NCBI GenBank assembly: GCA_947468275.1
Contig: CANIKO010000016.1
Span: 7,346 to 71,345, forward strand
Source of the DNA: Bacteroidota bacterium
GTDB taxonomy: Bacteria; Bacteroidota; Bacteroidia; NS11-12g; UBA9320
Reading direction: 5' to 3'
Length of the DNA: 64,000 nucleotides
The first letter of the stretch is position 1. Each line of letters opens with the position of its first letter. Of the stretch, positions 40,685 to 51,717 are shown in pieces. The notes beneath the pieces are model-generated. The model saw nothing but the letters and a program-made list of their open reading frames with translations, did no database searches and had not been told where the DNA came from. The translations under genes were made by a program, and so were the position numbers.

Positions 40685-41875
40685 ATGAAATCGAAAATAA
40701 TAATTTTAATCGCCATAATAGTAACAAGTTTTGGTGCCTGCAAAAAAGCAGAAGTTGGCAAAACCGGTGATTGCAACAATTCGATCTATCCGAATACCAA
40801 ATTGTCTCACCCAAAAGGAGCCGCTTTGCAAGCCATTATTGATACATATATTAAAAAAGGATTGCCTGGTATCTCACTAATGGTAAGTAATAGCGATGGT
40901 GTATGGAATGGTGTGGGTGGATATTCAAGCCTAGATGATAAAATAAAATACAAAGCTTGCCAAATAGGTAAAGTGGCTAGTATTACGAAGTTTATGGTTG
41001 GTACTTTGGTTTTTAAATTGATGGAAGATTCTGCCAATTCTCATTTAGGCTATTTAGATTTAGACAAACCGTTAACCAATTGGATTGACAAGAAAACTTT
41101 AGAAAAAATAGAAAACGGAACCGAAGCAACTTTGCGCCAATGCATGAATCATTCGTCCGGCATTTATGACATAATCATCGATTCTGATTTCTATTTGGCG
41201 GTATTAAACAACCCTAATAAACATTGGTCTCAAGAAGAATTATTAAACTATGTGTATGGCAAACCAAGAGCCTTCAAAACTGGCGACACCTCAGGTTATT
41301 CCAATACCAACACGCTTTTGGTTAGCATGGTTATAGAAAAAGCAACAGGAAGACCGCATGGCGAACTAATGCGTGAAAAACTTTGGACTCCACTTGGCAT
41401 GAGCGATACATATTATCAAGGTCGTGAAAATCTACCGGATTTTGTAACTCAAGGATATTTTGATTTATATAACAAAAAACAATTGACCAATGTATCCAAT
41501 ATTCTACCAGGAAGTGGAAACGGTTATGGTGGAGTTTTCTCAAATGTGTATGATTTACAAAAATTTATCGAAGGGGTTTTGGTTAATAAGACTGTGTTGA
41601 ATACTAAATCTTTAAGTATCATGCAAACTTATGGCCCGCCCGATGAGGTAAACCAATATGGGGTTGGGATGATGAAAAAATTCATTGACCGTGGTATTAA
41701 TTATGGACTTGGTCATTCTGGTAGAGATTTGGGATACAGCGCCGACCTTTTCTATTTCCCTAACAAAAATTTTACGACCAATTTCTTTGTCAATTATGGA
41801 ACAGATTCAGATAGTTTTCTAAAGCAAATCTTTAAAGATTTTGAGAATGAAGTGATGGATGAAATGTTGAAGTAA
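40685..41875 (+). CDS. Serine hydrolase (beta-lactamase class C/S12 family) lipoprotein
   Basis: FGAC lipobox, SITK (SxxK), YSN, GHSG. Confidence 0.88.
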   Translation: MKSKIIILIAIIVTSFGACKKAEVGKTGDCNNSIYPNTKLSHPKGAALQAIIDTYIKKGLPGISLMVSNSDGVWNGVGGYSSLDDKIKYKACQIGKVASITKFMVGTLVFKLMEDSANSHLGYLDLDKPLTNWIDKKTLEKIENGTEATLRQCMNHSSGIYDIIIDSDFYLAVLNNPNKHWSQEELLNYVYGKPRAFKTGDTSGYSNTNTLLVSMVIEKATGRPHGELMREKLWTPLGMSDTYYQGRENLPDFVTQGYFDLYNKKQLTNVSNILPGSGNGYGGVFSNVYDLQKFIEGVLVNKTVLNTKSLSIMQTYGPPDEVNQYGVGMMKKFIDRGINYGLGHSGRDLGYSADLFYFPNKNFTTNFFVNYGTDSDSFLKQIFKDFENEVMDEMLK

Positions 41876-42159
41876 TTATCTTTCATAACCTTAATTTTCA
41901 AATTATATTTCCTTGGTAGGTTTTTAAGGCTCGAACTCTAAAACCAAATGAAATTCATTGAAGTTCATTTCGTATTTGAAATGTAAAGTTTAGTCAATTT
42001 CTATGTCAAGATAAATTGAGTAATTGCTCAACACATATTTCACCTTTCTTCAATTTATTTAGAGGTGAATTGGAGAAAACTATTCAATAATCAGGAAATA
42101 TTTTTTTTGATAAAATCCGATAGTATCTTAATTATATTTGTTTCCTTAATTACATAATT

Positions 42160-44301
42160 ATGCAGAAGATTATAAACAAACAAATGCTCCTAATTTTAGC
42201 AGGCACATTGCTAATGATAAACCCTGGAAATGCGCAAAACTGGAACCAAATAATTAAAACAGTGGCAAGTGACCGAGGCACCAATGATCAATTTGGTTAT
42301 AGTGTCGCCATCAGTGGAGATTTTGCAATAGTTGGAGCATATAAAGAATCTGAAGATGCAAATGGAGCAAATACAAAAAGTGAGGCAGGATCTGCCTATA
42401 TATTCAAGAAAACTGCAGGAGTTTGGGCACAACAGCAAAAAATTGTTGCCTCAGATCGCGCTTCTGGTGATTGGTTCGGATACAGTGTGGCTATCAGTGG
42501 GGATTTTGCAATTATTGGCGCCTATCAGGAAGATGAAGACGCCAGTGGAACAAATACTTTAAGTGCAGCAGGTTCTGCTTATATATTTAAACAAACTGCT
42601 GGGGTTTGGGCACAACAAAAAAAGATAATTGCATCTGACCGCAATACCGATGACGAATTTGGTTTCTCGGTAGCTATCAGTGGGGATTTTGCAATTGTTG
42701 GTGCCCATTGGGAAGATGAGGATGTTAGCGGGGCAAATAATCTAAGTGCAGCAGGTTCTGCTTATGTATTTAAGCAAACTGCGGGGGTATGGGCGCAACA
42801 GCAAAAGATTGTAGCGACTGATCGTGCCACGGATGATCAATTTGGAACCAAGGTAGCCATAAGTGGAGATTTTGCAATTATTGGTGCACCAAATGAAGAT
42901 GAAGATGCCAATGGAGGAAACACCCTTAGTTATGCTGGTTCTGCCTATATATTTAAACAAACTTCAGGGGTGTGGGCGCAGCAGCAAAAGATAGTAGCAG
43001 CTGACCGAGCTACACTCGACTTTTGGGGCAGTAGTTTGGATATAAATGGTGATTATGCCATAATAGGAGCCTCTAATGAAGATGAAGATGCCAGTGGGGC
43101 CAACAAATTGTCAAATGCAGGGTCGGCTTACATATTCAAGCAAACTTCGGGAGTTTGGCAACAACAAAAAAAGATTGTAGCCTCCGATAGGGCTCTCAAT
43201 GATGGATTTGGTATTAGAGTGGCTATGGGTAACGATTATGCCATTGTAGGGGCTAGTTTAGAGGATCACGATGCTAGTGGAGCAAATCTACTTGATGCCG
43301 CTGGTTCAGCCTATATTTTTAAACAAACCTCAGGGGTTTGGGCACAACTGCAAAAGATAGTAGCTACCGACCGAGCAGCCAGTGATAACTTTGGCAGCAG
43401 TGTGGCCATCAGTGGTGATTATGCTATTGTTGGTGCTCCTAATGAGGATGAAGATGCCAATGGTGCAAATACACTAAGTGCGGCTGGCTCAAATTATATA
43501 TTTAAGATGTGTATCAATACTACTGGAACTGATAAAAAAACAGCTTGCAATTCATTTAAGTGGATCGATGGAACTACATACACAGTTAGCAACAACACTG
43601 CAACTTTCAAAATTGTTGGAGGGAATAAGGGAGGTTGTGATTCAACCGTTACTTTAAATTTAACCATTAATAAAAGCACTACAGGAACAGATGTAAAAAC
43701 AGCTTGTAACTCTTACAAGTGGATTGATGGTAAAATTTACATGGCAAACAACAATACTGCTACTTTCACTCTTGTTGGTGGTAACAAAGCAGGTTGTGAC
43801 TCTATTATAACTTTAAACTTAACCATCAATACTGTAAGTAATATATTAGTTACAAAAACAGGAGCCACACTAACAGCTAGCTTAGCTGGTGCCAGCTATC
43901 AATGGTTGGATTGTGATAAATCATATAGCATTATCGCAGGAAAAAATAGTCAAAGTTTTACACCCGCTGCCACTGGAAATTATGCTGTTAAAATCACTCA
44001 AAATAGTTGTTCTGACACATCAATTTGCTATAATGTTAAATTAGGCAAGATAGAAAACACATTTGAACAAGCTGTTTTAATTTACCCAAACCCTACTAAT
44101 GGAATCATTACAATTGATTTGGGATATAATTTTCAAAATACAGAAATTACGCTTCGGGATATTATGGGCAGATTGATTGGTCAGTATAACCATATTAACA
44201 AACAAACCTTTGAAATAGATGTACCCGGGCCTTCAGGCATTTACTTTTTAAATGTTCAAGCAGGAGATAAGATGGCTGTACTGAGGCTTACAAAAAATTA
44301 A
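42160..44301 (+). CDS. FG-GAP repeat beta-propeller protein with T9SS type A CTD
   Basis: Seven 61-aa repeats (DxFGxSVAISGDxAIVGA...AGSAYIF), two TACNSxKWIDG..CDS repeats, IYPNP...SGIYFL CTD. Confidence 0.9.
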   Translation: MQKIINKQMLLILAGTLLMINPGNAQNWNQIIKTVASDRGTNDQFGYSVAISGDFAIVGAYKESEDANGANTKSEAGSAYIFKKTAGVWAQQQKIVASDRASGDWFGYSVAISGDFAIIGAYQEDEDASGTNTLSAAGSAYIFKQTAGVWAQQKKIIASDRNTDDEFGFSVAISGDFAIVGAHWEDEDVSGANNLSAAGSAYVFKQTAGVWAQQQKIVATDRATDDQFGTKVAISGDFAIIGAPNEDEDANGGNTLSYAGSAYIFKQTSGVWAQQQKIVAADRATLDFWGSSLDINGDYAIIGASNEDEDASGANKLSNAGSAYIFKQTSGVWQQQKKIVASDRALNDGFGIRVAMGNDYAIVGASLEDHDASGANLLDAAGSAYIFKQTSGVWAQLQKIVATDRAASDNFGSSVAISGDYAIVGAPNEDEDANGANTLSAAGSNYIFKMCINTTGTDKKTACNSFKWIDGTTYTVSNNTATFKIVGGNKGGCDSTVTLNLTINKSTTGTDVKTACNSYKWIDGKIYMANNNTATFTLVGGNKAGCDSIITLNLTINTVSNILVTKTGATLTASLAGASYQWLDCDKSYSIIAGKNSQSFTPAATGNYAVKITQNSCSDTSICYNVKLGKIENTFEQAVLIYPNPTNGIITIDLGYNFQNTEITLRDIMGRLIGQYNHINKQTFEIDVPGPSGIYFLNVQAGDKMAVLRLTKN

Positions 44302-44357
44302 GGATTTAATAAAAGTAGGTTTTAGAAATCGAATAGAAAGTTACGATTAAAATATTC

Positions 44358-44379
44358 TGATTCGTGAGGACGCGAATCA
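44358..44379. repeat. REP-like hairpin
   Basis: tgattcgtg-agga-cgcgaatca; loop related to the GGGA/GAGA loops (minus strand) of the hairpins at 58457, 58898 and 59006. Confidence 0.6.
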
Positions 44380-44558
44380 AGGCGAAATGCTTACTTAAAT
44401 AAACAGATTTATACGTTAATTTGTGAACTGTCCGAGTTAAAAAACTGGAACCAGCTAGGGACAATCATAAAAAAACACCCCCCTCTCCATTTCACAGGCC
44501 ACCTCATAAAGGGAACTTGCAACCTAGAGCATTTTCAAATTGACCAATTTTCAAATTC

Positions 44559-47500
44559 CTAAATCATCCTCTCCAAAACCTCACAAGCCGCTTTGGTAAT
44601 TATTGTTCCAGGGCCAAAGATAAAGTGGGTTCCGGCTTGGTAAAGCGCATCGTAATCCTTTGCTGGAATAACTCCCCCAGCTATGATAATTACATCATCC
44701 CTTCCGTATTTTTTAAGTTCATTGATAACTTCGGGTATGAGGGTTTTGTGCCCACCTGCCAGGCTAGAAATACCTAGACAATGTACGTCGTTTTCTACCG
44801 CTTGCTTGGCTACTTCCTGCGGGGTTTGGAACAATGGCCCGATGTCAACATCAAAACCAAGGTCGGCAAAGGCTGTGGCTATTACTTTAGCCCCACGGTC
44901 GTGGCCGTCTTGTCCCATTTTGGCCACCATGATTCTTGGACGGCGGCCATCTTTTAAGGCAAATTCATCCGATAATTTTCGGGCTTTTATAAAATCTTCA
45001 TCCATTTGGGCTTCATTTTTAAATACTCCTGAAATGGTTCGTATGGTGGGCTGGTAGCGGCCATAATGTTTTTCCAACGCTAAGGAAATTTCTCCTAAAG
45101 TAGCCCGTTTTCGGGCGGCATCGATGGCCAGTTCCAATATATTTCCAGTGCCTTCGGTGGCAGCTTTTGTAATGGCATTCAATGACTCTTCCACTTCGGC
45201 AGGATTTCTATTCGCTTTTAATTTTGTTAGTCGATTTATTTGTTGTTGCCGCACATCGTTGTTGTCAATGGATAAAATATCCATCGGAGTTTCGGATTCA
45301 AGGCGATATTTATTTATACCTACAATGGTATCTTTTCCGTTATCAATGCGGGCTTGTTTTTTGGCAGCCGCTTCTTCTATTCGCAATTTAGGCAAACCGG
45401 TTTCAATGGCTTTTGCCATTCCGCCAAGAGCTTCCACTTCTTGTATTAATTCCCAAGCTTTATCCACCAATTTACCTGTTAAATATTCCACATAATACGA
45501 ACCGCCCCAAGGGTCAACGGCTTTAGTGATATTGGTTTCTCCAGCCAAATATATTTGGGTATTTCGGGCTATTCGTGCAGAATAATCCGTAGGTAAAGCA
45601 ATGGCTTCATCGAGGGCATTGGTGTGCAAACTTTGGGTTCCGCCAAAAACGGCAGCCATCGCTTCAATGCAGGTTCGAGCTATGTTATTGTAAGGGTCTT
45701 GCTCAGTGAGGCTCCAGCCCGAAGTTTGACAATGGGTTCGCAAAGCAAGTGATTTATCACTTTTAGGATTAAACTCTTTAATCAACTTTGCCCATAACAA
45801 TCGACCAGCCCTCATTTTGGCAATTTCTTTATAAATATTCATGCCCATTCCCCAAAAAAAGGAAAGTCGCGGCGCAAAATCATCAATGGAAAGTCCGGCA
45901 GCCAATCCCGTTCGCACATATTCAATACCATCTGCTAAAGTATAGGCCAACTCAATATCAGCGGTAGCTCCGGCTTCGTGCATGTGGTAACCACTAATGC
46001 TGATGCTGTTGAATTTTGGCATATGGGCCGAAGCATATTTAAAAATATCACCTACCAACCGCATGGAAGGTAAAGGCGGATAAATAAAGGTATTACGAAC
46101 CATAAATTCCTTTAAAATATCATTTTGAATTGTTCCAGAAAGCTGCTCGGGTTTTAAACCTTGTTCCTCCGCTGCCACAATATAAAAAGCCATGATGGGT
46201 ATTACCGCCCCGTTCATGGTCATGCTAACACTCATTTTATCCAAAGGAATTTGATCAAAAAGAATTTTCATATCCTCCACCGAATCGATAGCCACTCCCG
46301 CCATACCAACGTCTCCAGTCACCCTTGGGTGATCGCTGTCGTAACCGCGATGGGTAGCTAAGTCAAAAGCCACAGAAAGCCCCATTTGCCCACCTGCCAA
46401 ATTTTTACGGTAAAATGCATTGGATTCTTCAGCAGTTGAAAATCCAGCATACTGTCGAATAGTCCAGGGTTTTTGAACATACATACTTCCATAAGGTCCA
46501 CGTAAAAAAGGGGGTATTCCTGCGCCAAATTTTTCAAAACCAAAATCCTTAATATCTTCAGAATTGAATGAGGACTTTAAATCAAAGCCTTCAAGAGTTT
46601 TTGAAGAAGTGATTTGTTTGGGTTGGGTTTCGTAGTATTTTAAATCTTTTAGATTTGGAAAACCTTGTATATCTTTTAAAAATAACTCCTTGGTTAATTT
46701 TTCTATAAAATAACTTCCTTTGGCTGGATCGTTTACCATATCCGTAAAACTTTCCTCTTTCAATAAAAGTTGAATATTGCGAATCATCCTTAAGGAAAAT
46801 CCCTTGGATTGTTTTTCAATATCCTTTAACCCTTTTACTAAAAAAACATTGGCTCCGCCCGAAATAGCAGCAAAAGCAATAGCCGTAGCTCGAATTATAT
46901 TCTGTTCCGATTCGGTATTGGTCTTTGATAAATTCTGAGTTTCGGCAATTATAAAAGGCTCGCAAAGTTGTAAATTATGATGCTTTAAAAAATGAAACCA
47001 ACCTTGCTTTAAAGCCCTTATTTTGGCAATATTTAAATAAAAGTCCTTACCTAAAGGTAGTCTGAAAAAAATATCAGAAACACCTTGTTGATGATTTTTT
47101 CGCTCTTTTATAAACCAATTTAACTGCATTAATGCCTGTTCCAATTGTTCTTTGTCATTGAGGTTTTGCCATGAAGCAATATCAATACACAAATTTTTAA
47201 AGCCTTTAATTGGGTTATCAATCAGATGCTGAATGGCTTTTGTATAATATTCTGGGTCATTCGAAATTTCAATGGTAATGCTCCCCCCAGATGAATGGTT
47301 CTTTAAATGTTGAATAACTTCAATATCAGGCGCACCAATAGTCACATGAATTTTTAAAGCATTTAACGATTCAGGAATTAGAGAATCCTCATAAAATAAA
47401 TCAACTGCCTCTACCCCATTTTTTATGATAGTTTCCCAATTCTTGTCCTTTAAATCTATTGGAATGCTAACCTGAAACGGTTCTCCGTTATCAATAGAAA

Positions 47501-47666
47501 TATATTCTTTTTTGAAGCTATCTTCCTCGGTTGAGTATGCAGGAACTTCAATGCCTGGAAAAGGATTATAATTTAAATAATTGGAGATATCCTCTCCCTT
47601 TGCCATTTTTTGAGTCATGACTAACCAATCAGTTTTGGTTGCGGAGGAAAATTCGGGAAAGTTCAT
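44559..47666 (-). CDS. scpA: Methylmalonyl-CoA mutase: truncated small-subunit-like domain fused to a complete B12-binding large subunit
   Basis: [42 protein letters not shown]; about 330 extra N-terminal aa ending [10 protein letters not shown]. Confidence 0.9.
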   Translation of the reverse strand: MNFPEFSSATKTDWLVMTQKMAKGEDISNYLNYNPFPGIEVPAYSTEEDSFKKEYISIDNGEPFQVSIPIDLKDKNWETIIKNGVEAVDLFYEDSLIPESLNALKIHVTIGAPDIEVIQHLKNHSSGGSITIEISNDPEYYTKAIQHLIDNPIKGFKNLCIDIASWQNLNDKEQLEQALMQLNWFIKERKNHQQGVSDIFFRLPLGKDFYLNIAKIRALKQGWFHFLKHHNLQLCEPFIIAETQNLSKTNTESEQNIIRATAIAFAAISGGANVFLVKGLKDIEKQSKGFSLRMIRNIQLLLKEESFTDMVNDPAKGSYFIEKLTKELFLKDIQGFPNLKDLKYYETQPKQITSSKTLEGFDLKSSFNSEDIKDFGFEKFGAGIPPFLRGPYGSMYVQKPWTIRQYAGFSTAEESNAFYRKNLAGGQMGLSVAFDLATHRGYDSDHPRVTGDVGMAGVAIDSVEDMKILFDQIPLDKMSVSMTMNGAVIPIMAFYIVAAEEQGLKPEQLSGTIQNDILKEFMVRNTFIYPPLPSMRLVGDIFKYASAHMPKFNSISISGYHMHEAGATADIELAYTLADGIEYVRTGLAAGLSIDDFAPRLSFFWGMGMNIYKEIAKMRAGRLLWAKLIKEFNPKSDKSLALRTHCQTSGWSLTEQDPYNNIARTCIEAMAAVFGGTQSLHTNALDEAIALPTDYSARIARNTQIYLAGETNITKAVDPWGGSYYVEYLTGKLVDKAWELIQEVEALGGMAKAIETGLPKLRIEEAAAKKQARIDNGKDTIVGINKYRLESETPMDILSIDNNDVRQQQINRLTKLKANRNPAEVEESLNAITKAATEGTGNILELAIDAARKRATLGEISLALEKHYGRYQPTIRTISGVFKNEAQMDEDFIKARKLSDEFALKDGRRPRIMVAKMGQDGHDRGAKVIATAFADLGFDVDIGPLFQTPQEVAKQAVENDVHCLGISSLAGGHKTLIPEVINELKKYGRDDVIIIAGGVIPAKDYDALYQAGTHFIFGPGTIITKAACEVLERMI

Positions 47667-47667
47667 A

Positions 47668-49203
47668 CTATAAATTATTTAGAAGCTTTTTCCAGCTTAC
47701 CTCATTACTAATTAAGTTGTGAAGTTCATCTATTTTTATGCGTTTTTGTTCCATAGTGTCACGATAACGAAGCGTTACAGAATTATCATTAACACTTTCA
47801 TAATCAATGGTCACACAAAATGGTGTTCCAATAGCATCCTGACGGCGGTAACGCTTTCCAATGGTATCTTTTTCTTCGTAAAAACAGTTGAAGTCAAATT
47901 TTAAATCATTGTAAATTTTCTCGGCTATTTCGGGTAAACCATCCTTTTTTACCAAAGGCAAAATAGCTACTTTGTATGGAGCCAAAACTGGATTTATCAT
48001 AAATACCGTGCGGGTTTCACCATTTTCTAAAACTTCATCAACCAAATTTTCACACATCTGTAAAAGAAATAAACGGTCTAACCCAATAGAAGTTTCAACG
48101 ACATATGGCACATAATTTTGGTTAGTTTCAGGATCAAAATATTGAAGCTTTTTACCTGAAAATTCCTGATGACGACCTAAATCAAAATCGGTACGGCTGT
48201 GTATTCCTTCCACTTCTTTAAATCCAAAAGGAAATTTGTACTCAATATCTACTGCTGCATTTGCATAATGCGCTAGTTTTAAATGGTCATGATATTTTAA
48301 GTTTTCAGCGTTGGTTCCCAAAGCTTTGTGCCATTTCAAGCGGGTGTCTTTCCAGTAGGTATACCATTCCATTTCAGTTCCAGGCCTTACAAAAAACTGC
48401 ATTTCCATTTGTTCAAATTCCTTCATCCTCATGATAAACTGCCGTGCTACTATTTCATTGCGAAAAGCTTTTCCGGTTTGGGCTATTCCAAAAGGAATTT
48501 TCAAGCGCCCCGATTTTTGAACATTTAAAAAATTAATAAAAATCCCCTGAGCAGTTTCAGGACGCAAATACAATTCTGATTCACCGTCAGTGGCCGTCAT
48601 TTGGGTGCTATACATCAAATTAAACTGACGCACATCGGTCCAATTTTTGGTGCCGCTTATTGGACAAACTATTTCAAGTTGCTCAATTAATCCTTTTATT
48701 AAATCTAGATTTCCGGAATCCAATCCGATTTTAAGTGTGTCATCAATCAAAGAAATAGATGTACTATATTCTAAAATCCGAGGATTGGTCTCTGCATAGA
48801 GTTTTGAATCAAACGATTCGCCAAACCGCTTGGCAGCTTTATCAATTTCCTTATTTATTTTGTCCCTTATTTTATCCTGATGTTCTTCTAGTAATACATC
48901 CGCTCTGTAGCGTTTTTTACTATCTTTGTTGTCAATCATCGGGTCACTAAATCCATCCACATGACCACTAGCCTTCCAAACTTTAGGGTGCATAAATATG
49001 GATGAATCCAGTCCAACAATATTTTGATGCATCTGAACCATACTTTTCCACCAATATTGACGGAGATTATTTTTAAGTTCTACCCCATTTTGACCATAAT
49101 CATAAACGGCAGCTAAGCCTTCGTATATCTCACTTGAAGGAAATATAAAACCATACTCTTTACAATGTGAAATTATCTTCTTAAATTGTTCTTCTGCACT
49201 CAT
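47668..49203 (-). CDS. glyQS: Glycine--tRNA ligase (homodimeric type)
   Basis: [37 protein letters not shown]. Confidence 0.96.
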   Translation of the reverse strand: MSAEEQFKKIISHCKEYGFIFPSSEIYEGLAAVYDYGQNGVELKNNLRQYWWKSMVQMHQNIVGLDSSIFMHPKVWKASGHVDGFSDPMIDNKDSKKRYRADVLLEEHQDKIRDKINKEIDKAAKRFGESFDSKLYAETNPRILEYSTSISLIDDTLKIGLDSGNLDLIKGLIEQLEIVCPISGTKNWTDVRQFNLMYSTQMTATDGESELYLRPETAQGIFINFLNVQKSGRLKIPFGIAQTGKAFRNEIVARQFIMRMKEFEQMEMQFFVRPGTEMEWYTYWKDTRLKWHKALGTNAENLKYHDHLKLAHYANAAVDIEYKFPFGFKEVEGIHSRTDFDLGRHQEFSGKKLQYFDPETNQNYVPYVVETSIGLDRLFLLQMCENLVDEVLENGETRTVFMINPVLAPYKVAILPLVKKDGLPEIAEKIYNDLKFDFNCFYEEKDTIGKRYRRQDAIGTPFCVTIDYESVNDNSVTLRYRDTMEQKRIKIDELHNLISNEVSWKKLLNNL

Positions 49204-49276
49204 TTTTCGTTAGGGCAAAACTAATATTTTAACCCTATATATGTCTTATTATGTAATTTTGACACTTTAAAACAAA

Positions 49277-50236
49277 ATGCAACACTCTAAATCAATTTTA
49301 CTAATTGTTTTTTTAGCCCCTATTTTAGCCTTTGGACAGTTTGGACCAAAGAAAAAAGACCTTCAATCGCGAATTGACACTTTGGGCTCGTCAATAGAGT
49401 TTCAACAATTTGAAATAAATAATCTCAAAATCAGAGATTCAATTACATCATCTGAATTAAAACGGTTAAGTAATGAATTAAAAGATTTAAAAAAATATAC
49501 TATTGACCTTAATGATAATATTGAAAGACTCAGACTTGAAAACGAAAGCTTTTCTAAGGATAATGGTAAGCTAAAAAAACAATATGAAGAATTAGTAAAG
49601 AAAGTTGAAATTCATCAAATCTTAATTCGAAATGTAATTGGAGGGGATTCATTGGAATTATTTGAAAAACAAATACAAGATGAAAATTCACCAAAAAGCA
49701 GTGAGATTGAAAGTTCGAAAAATTTTGCTGCTTTTGCTAATGAGTTTATTTACACAATAAAAAAGGAAGGCGAATCAGGACTTGAATCCTATCTCGACAA
49801 TAAAAAATCATTCTATTATCTTTCAAAACCTGGTTTTATTACCTCGGTAGCAGAAATTAAAGAGGTGAATGAATTAACAGAAGAAATTCCTTGGCGAGCT
49901 GGTTTTGACGTTTTTAAAAAATCAAAATTCACTCTAATCGAAGGCGAGAAACCAGAGATAAATTGTGATATGGCTGATTTTTACAATAAAAGAGGATGCT
50001 ATGGAGGTATAGAACAAGATTTTGATAAAGTATCAAAAGCCTTAGTGGCGCTTAAAGAATTTAGTCCAGATGAGGACCATAATATTGACAGCCAAATAGA
50101 AGAGGCTAAAAAAACAGAACCCGATGTTGTTGCTTTTATTTTTAGCACCGACGGAAATTTAGGTTTCTATTTTATTAAATCGGAAGGAACATGGAAACTT
50201 TATTGCCTTGAAATAGAGGACCCTTGCAGTACTTAA
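49277..50236 (+). CDS. Hypothetical exported coiled-coil protein
   Basis: Signal peptide, heptad-rich region at about aa 25-115. Confidence 0.6.
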   Translation: MQHSKSILLIVFLAPILAFGQFGPKKKDLQSRIDTLGSSIEFQQFEINNLKIRDSITSSELKRLSNELKDLKKYTIDLNDNIERLRLENESFSKDNGKLKKQYEELVKKVEIHQILIRNVIGGDSLELFEKQIQDENSPKSSEIESSKNFAAFANEFIYTIKKEGESGLESYLDNKKSFYYLSKPGFITSVAEIKEVNELTEEIPWRAGFDVFKKSKFTLIEGEKPEINCDMADFYNKRGCYGGIEQDFDKVSKALVALKEFSPDEDHNIDSQIEEAKKTEPDVVAFIFSTDGNLGFYFIKSEGTWKLYCLEIEDPCST

Positions 50237-50334
50237 AATTATTTTATTTATCAAAACTCCCTTAAAAAAAGGACTTTAAAAATTGATTATTAAAAATTTC
50301 AATATTACCCCCTTGAATATTTAAATATAATAAT

Positions 50335-50342
50335 TACTTTTG
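50335..50342 (+). promoter_or_regulatory. -7 box TACTTTTG for rpsT
   Basis: Consensus TAnnTTTG with TTG about 20 nt upstream. Confidence 0.65.
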
Positions 50343-50363
50343 CAGCCCTTTATAAGAAAATAG

Positions 50364-50618
50364 ATGGCAAACCATAAATCATCAATAAAAAGAATACGAT
50401 CAAATAACGCCAAGCGTTTGAGAAACAGATACCAGCATAAATCAACTCGTACTGTTATTAAAGCTATTCGTAAATCAACTGATAAAAAAGAAGCTAGCAC
50501 CTTGATTCCAAAAATATTTTCAATGCTTGACAAGTTAGTTAAGAAAAATATTATTCATAGAAACAAAGCTGCTAATCAAAAAAGTAAATTATTCAAGCTT
50601 GTAAATGCTATGAAATAA
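50364..50618 (+). CDS. rpsT: 30S ribosomal protein S20
   Basis: MANHKSSIKRIR...NIIHRNKAANQKSKL. Confidence 0.97.
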   Translation: MANHKSSIKRIRSNNAKRLRNRYQHKSTRTVIKAIRKSTDKKEASTLIPKIFSMLDKLVKKNIIHRNKAANQKSKLFKLVNAMK

Positions 50619-50640
50619 GATAATTTAACGTAAAAAGTAT

Positions 50641-50670
50641 AAAAATCCGCTTAAAAGCGGATTTTTTTTT
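50641..50670 (+). terminator. Intrinsic terminator after rpsT
   Basis: aaaaatccgctt-aa-aagcggattttttttt. Confidence 0.88.
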
Positions 50671-50861
50671 GTCCGTTGGTAAAAAAAAACCTCCCGCTGG
50701 TCGGCTTAACCCATCTGATTATATGGCATTTAACACAACGGAGTCAATATAAATAAAACAAATTTATAATTTATAACGTTAAATTAATGTATTGGTGAAG
50801 TATAAATTTTATTTTTGCCATCCGATAATTAAAAGAATAATAAAAAAACAATCATCACAAT

Positions 50862-51656
50862 ATGAGCAGTCAAAAATCATCAACAGATTTAAGCAGGTTT
50901 TTTGCCGGAATGGTAATCCTACTAGCCCTTGTCATTGGACATCTTATTTTTTACCTAGTTTTAGGCGACAAAGCAAATTTTGACGCTGAAGGACATCCAA
51001 AGGCAGGAAGTTTTTTAGGCGTAATGTACAAAGGTGGATTTATAGTTCCTATACTTTTAGCCTTGTTTATTACAATCATCACTATCGGCATCGAAAGATT
51101 TATCACAATCCAACGCGCTAAAGGAAAAGGTTCTATTGAAGCATTTGTTCGCAAAATTAAAGGCTTTTTGGCATCAGGTAAAATTGATGAGGCTATCGCT
51201 GAATGTGATAAGCAACAAGGATCCTTGGCCAATGTAATGCGTTGCGGATTAGGTAGATACAAAGAAGTTCAAAACGACAGTTCGTTTGATTTTAATGCTA
51301 AAGAAGCTGCTATTATGAAAGAATTAGAAGAAGCCACAGCATTAGAACTTCCAATGCTTGGAAAAAATTTACCAATACTTTCTACCTCTGCTTCTATTGG
51401 CACTTTGATTGGACTAATAGGAACAGTTGTAGGTATGATTCGTGCATTTGCGGCACTCGCAGTTGCTGGTCAGCCTGACACTGCAGCTTTGGCAACAGGT
51501 ATTTCGGAGGCTCTTGTAAACACAATGGTTGGTATTATCTCTTCTACATTTGCAATTATCCTTTATAACTTTTTCTCTACTAAAATAGATGCTTTAACTT
51601 ATAGCATGGATGAGGCGGGTTTTAGCATTATGCAAACTTTAAAGTCAAAAGGTTAA
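50862..51656 (+). CDS. exbB: MotA/TolQ/ExbB proton channel
   Basis: TLIGLIGTVVGMIRAF, GISEALVNT. Confidence 0.92.
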   Translation: MSSQKSSTDLSRFFAGMVILLALVIGHLIFYLVLGDKANFDAEGHPKAGSFLGVMYKGGFIVPILLALFITIITIGIERFITIQRAKGKGSIEAFVRKIKGFLASGKIDEAIAECDKQQGSLANVMRCGLGRYKEVQNDSSFDFNAKEAAIMKELEEATALELPMLGKNLPILSTSASIGTLIGLIGTVVGMIRAFAALAVAGQPDTAALATGISEALVNTMVGIISSTFAIILYNFFSTKIDALTYSMDEAGFSIMQTLKSKG

Positions 51657-51717
51657 TAATTTGCCTTTTTTGAGATATTGAATATTTAAAAAAAACTTTA
51701 AAAAATACAAAAAGAAT

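Noticed and set aside
40685-41875. Antibiotic-resistance beta-lactamase (also the MBL at 21545-22387)
   Set aside because: The first is a generic S12 serine hydrolase. The MBL has no signal peptide and sits inside a biosynthetic operon.
42260-43510. 183-bp periodic DNA repeats
   Set aside because: Explained by seven coding FG-GAP blades, with much synonymous divergence.
44559-47666. IcmF (mutase-MeaB fusion), suggested by length
   Set aside because: No P-loop GTPase domain, and the B12 domain is C-terminal.
50620-50860. tRNA downstream of rpsT
   Set aside because: No T-loop (GTTCGA) or cloverleaf recognisable on either strand.
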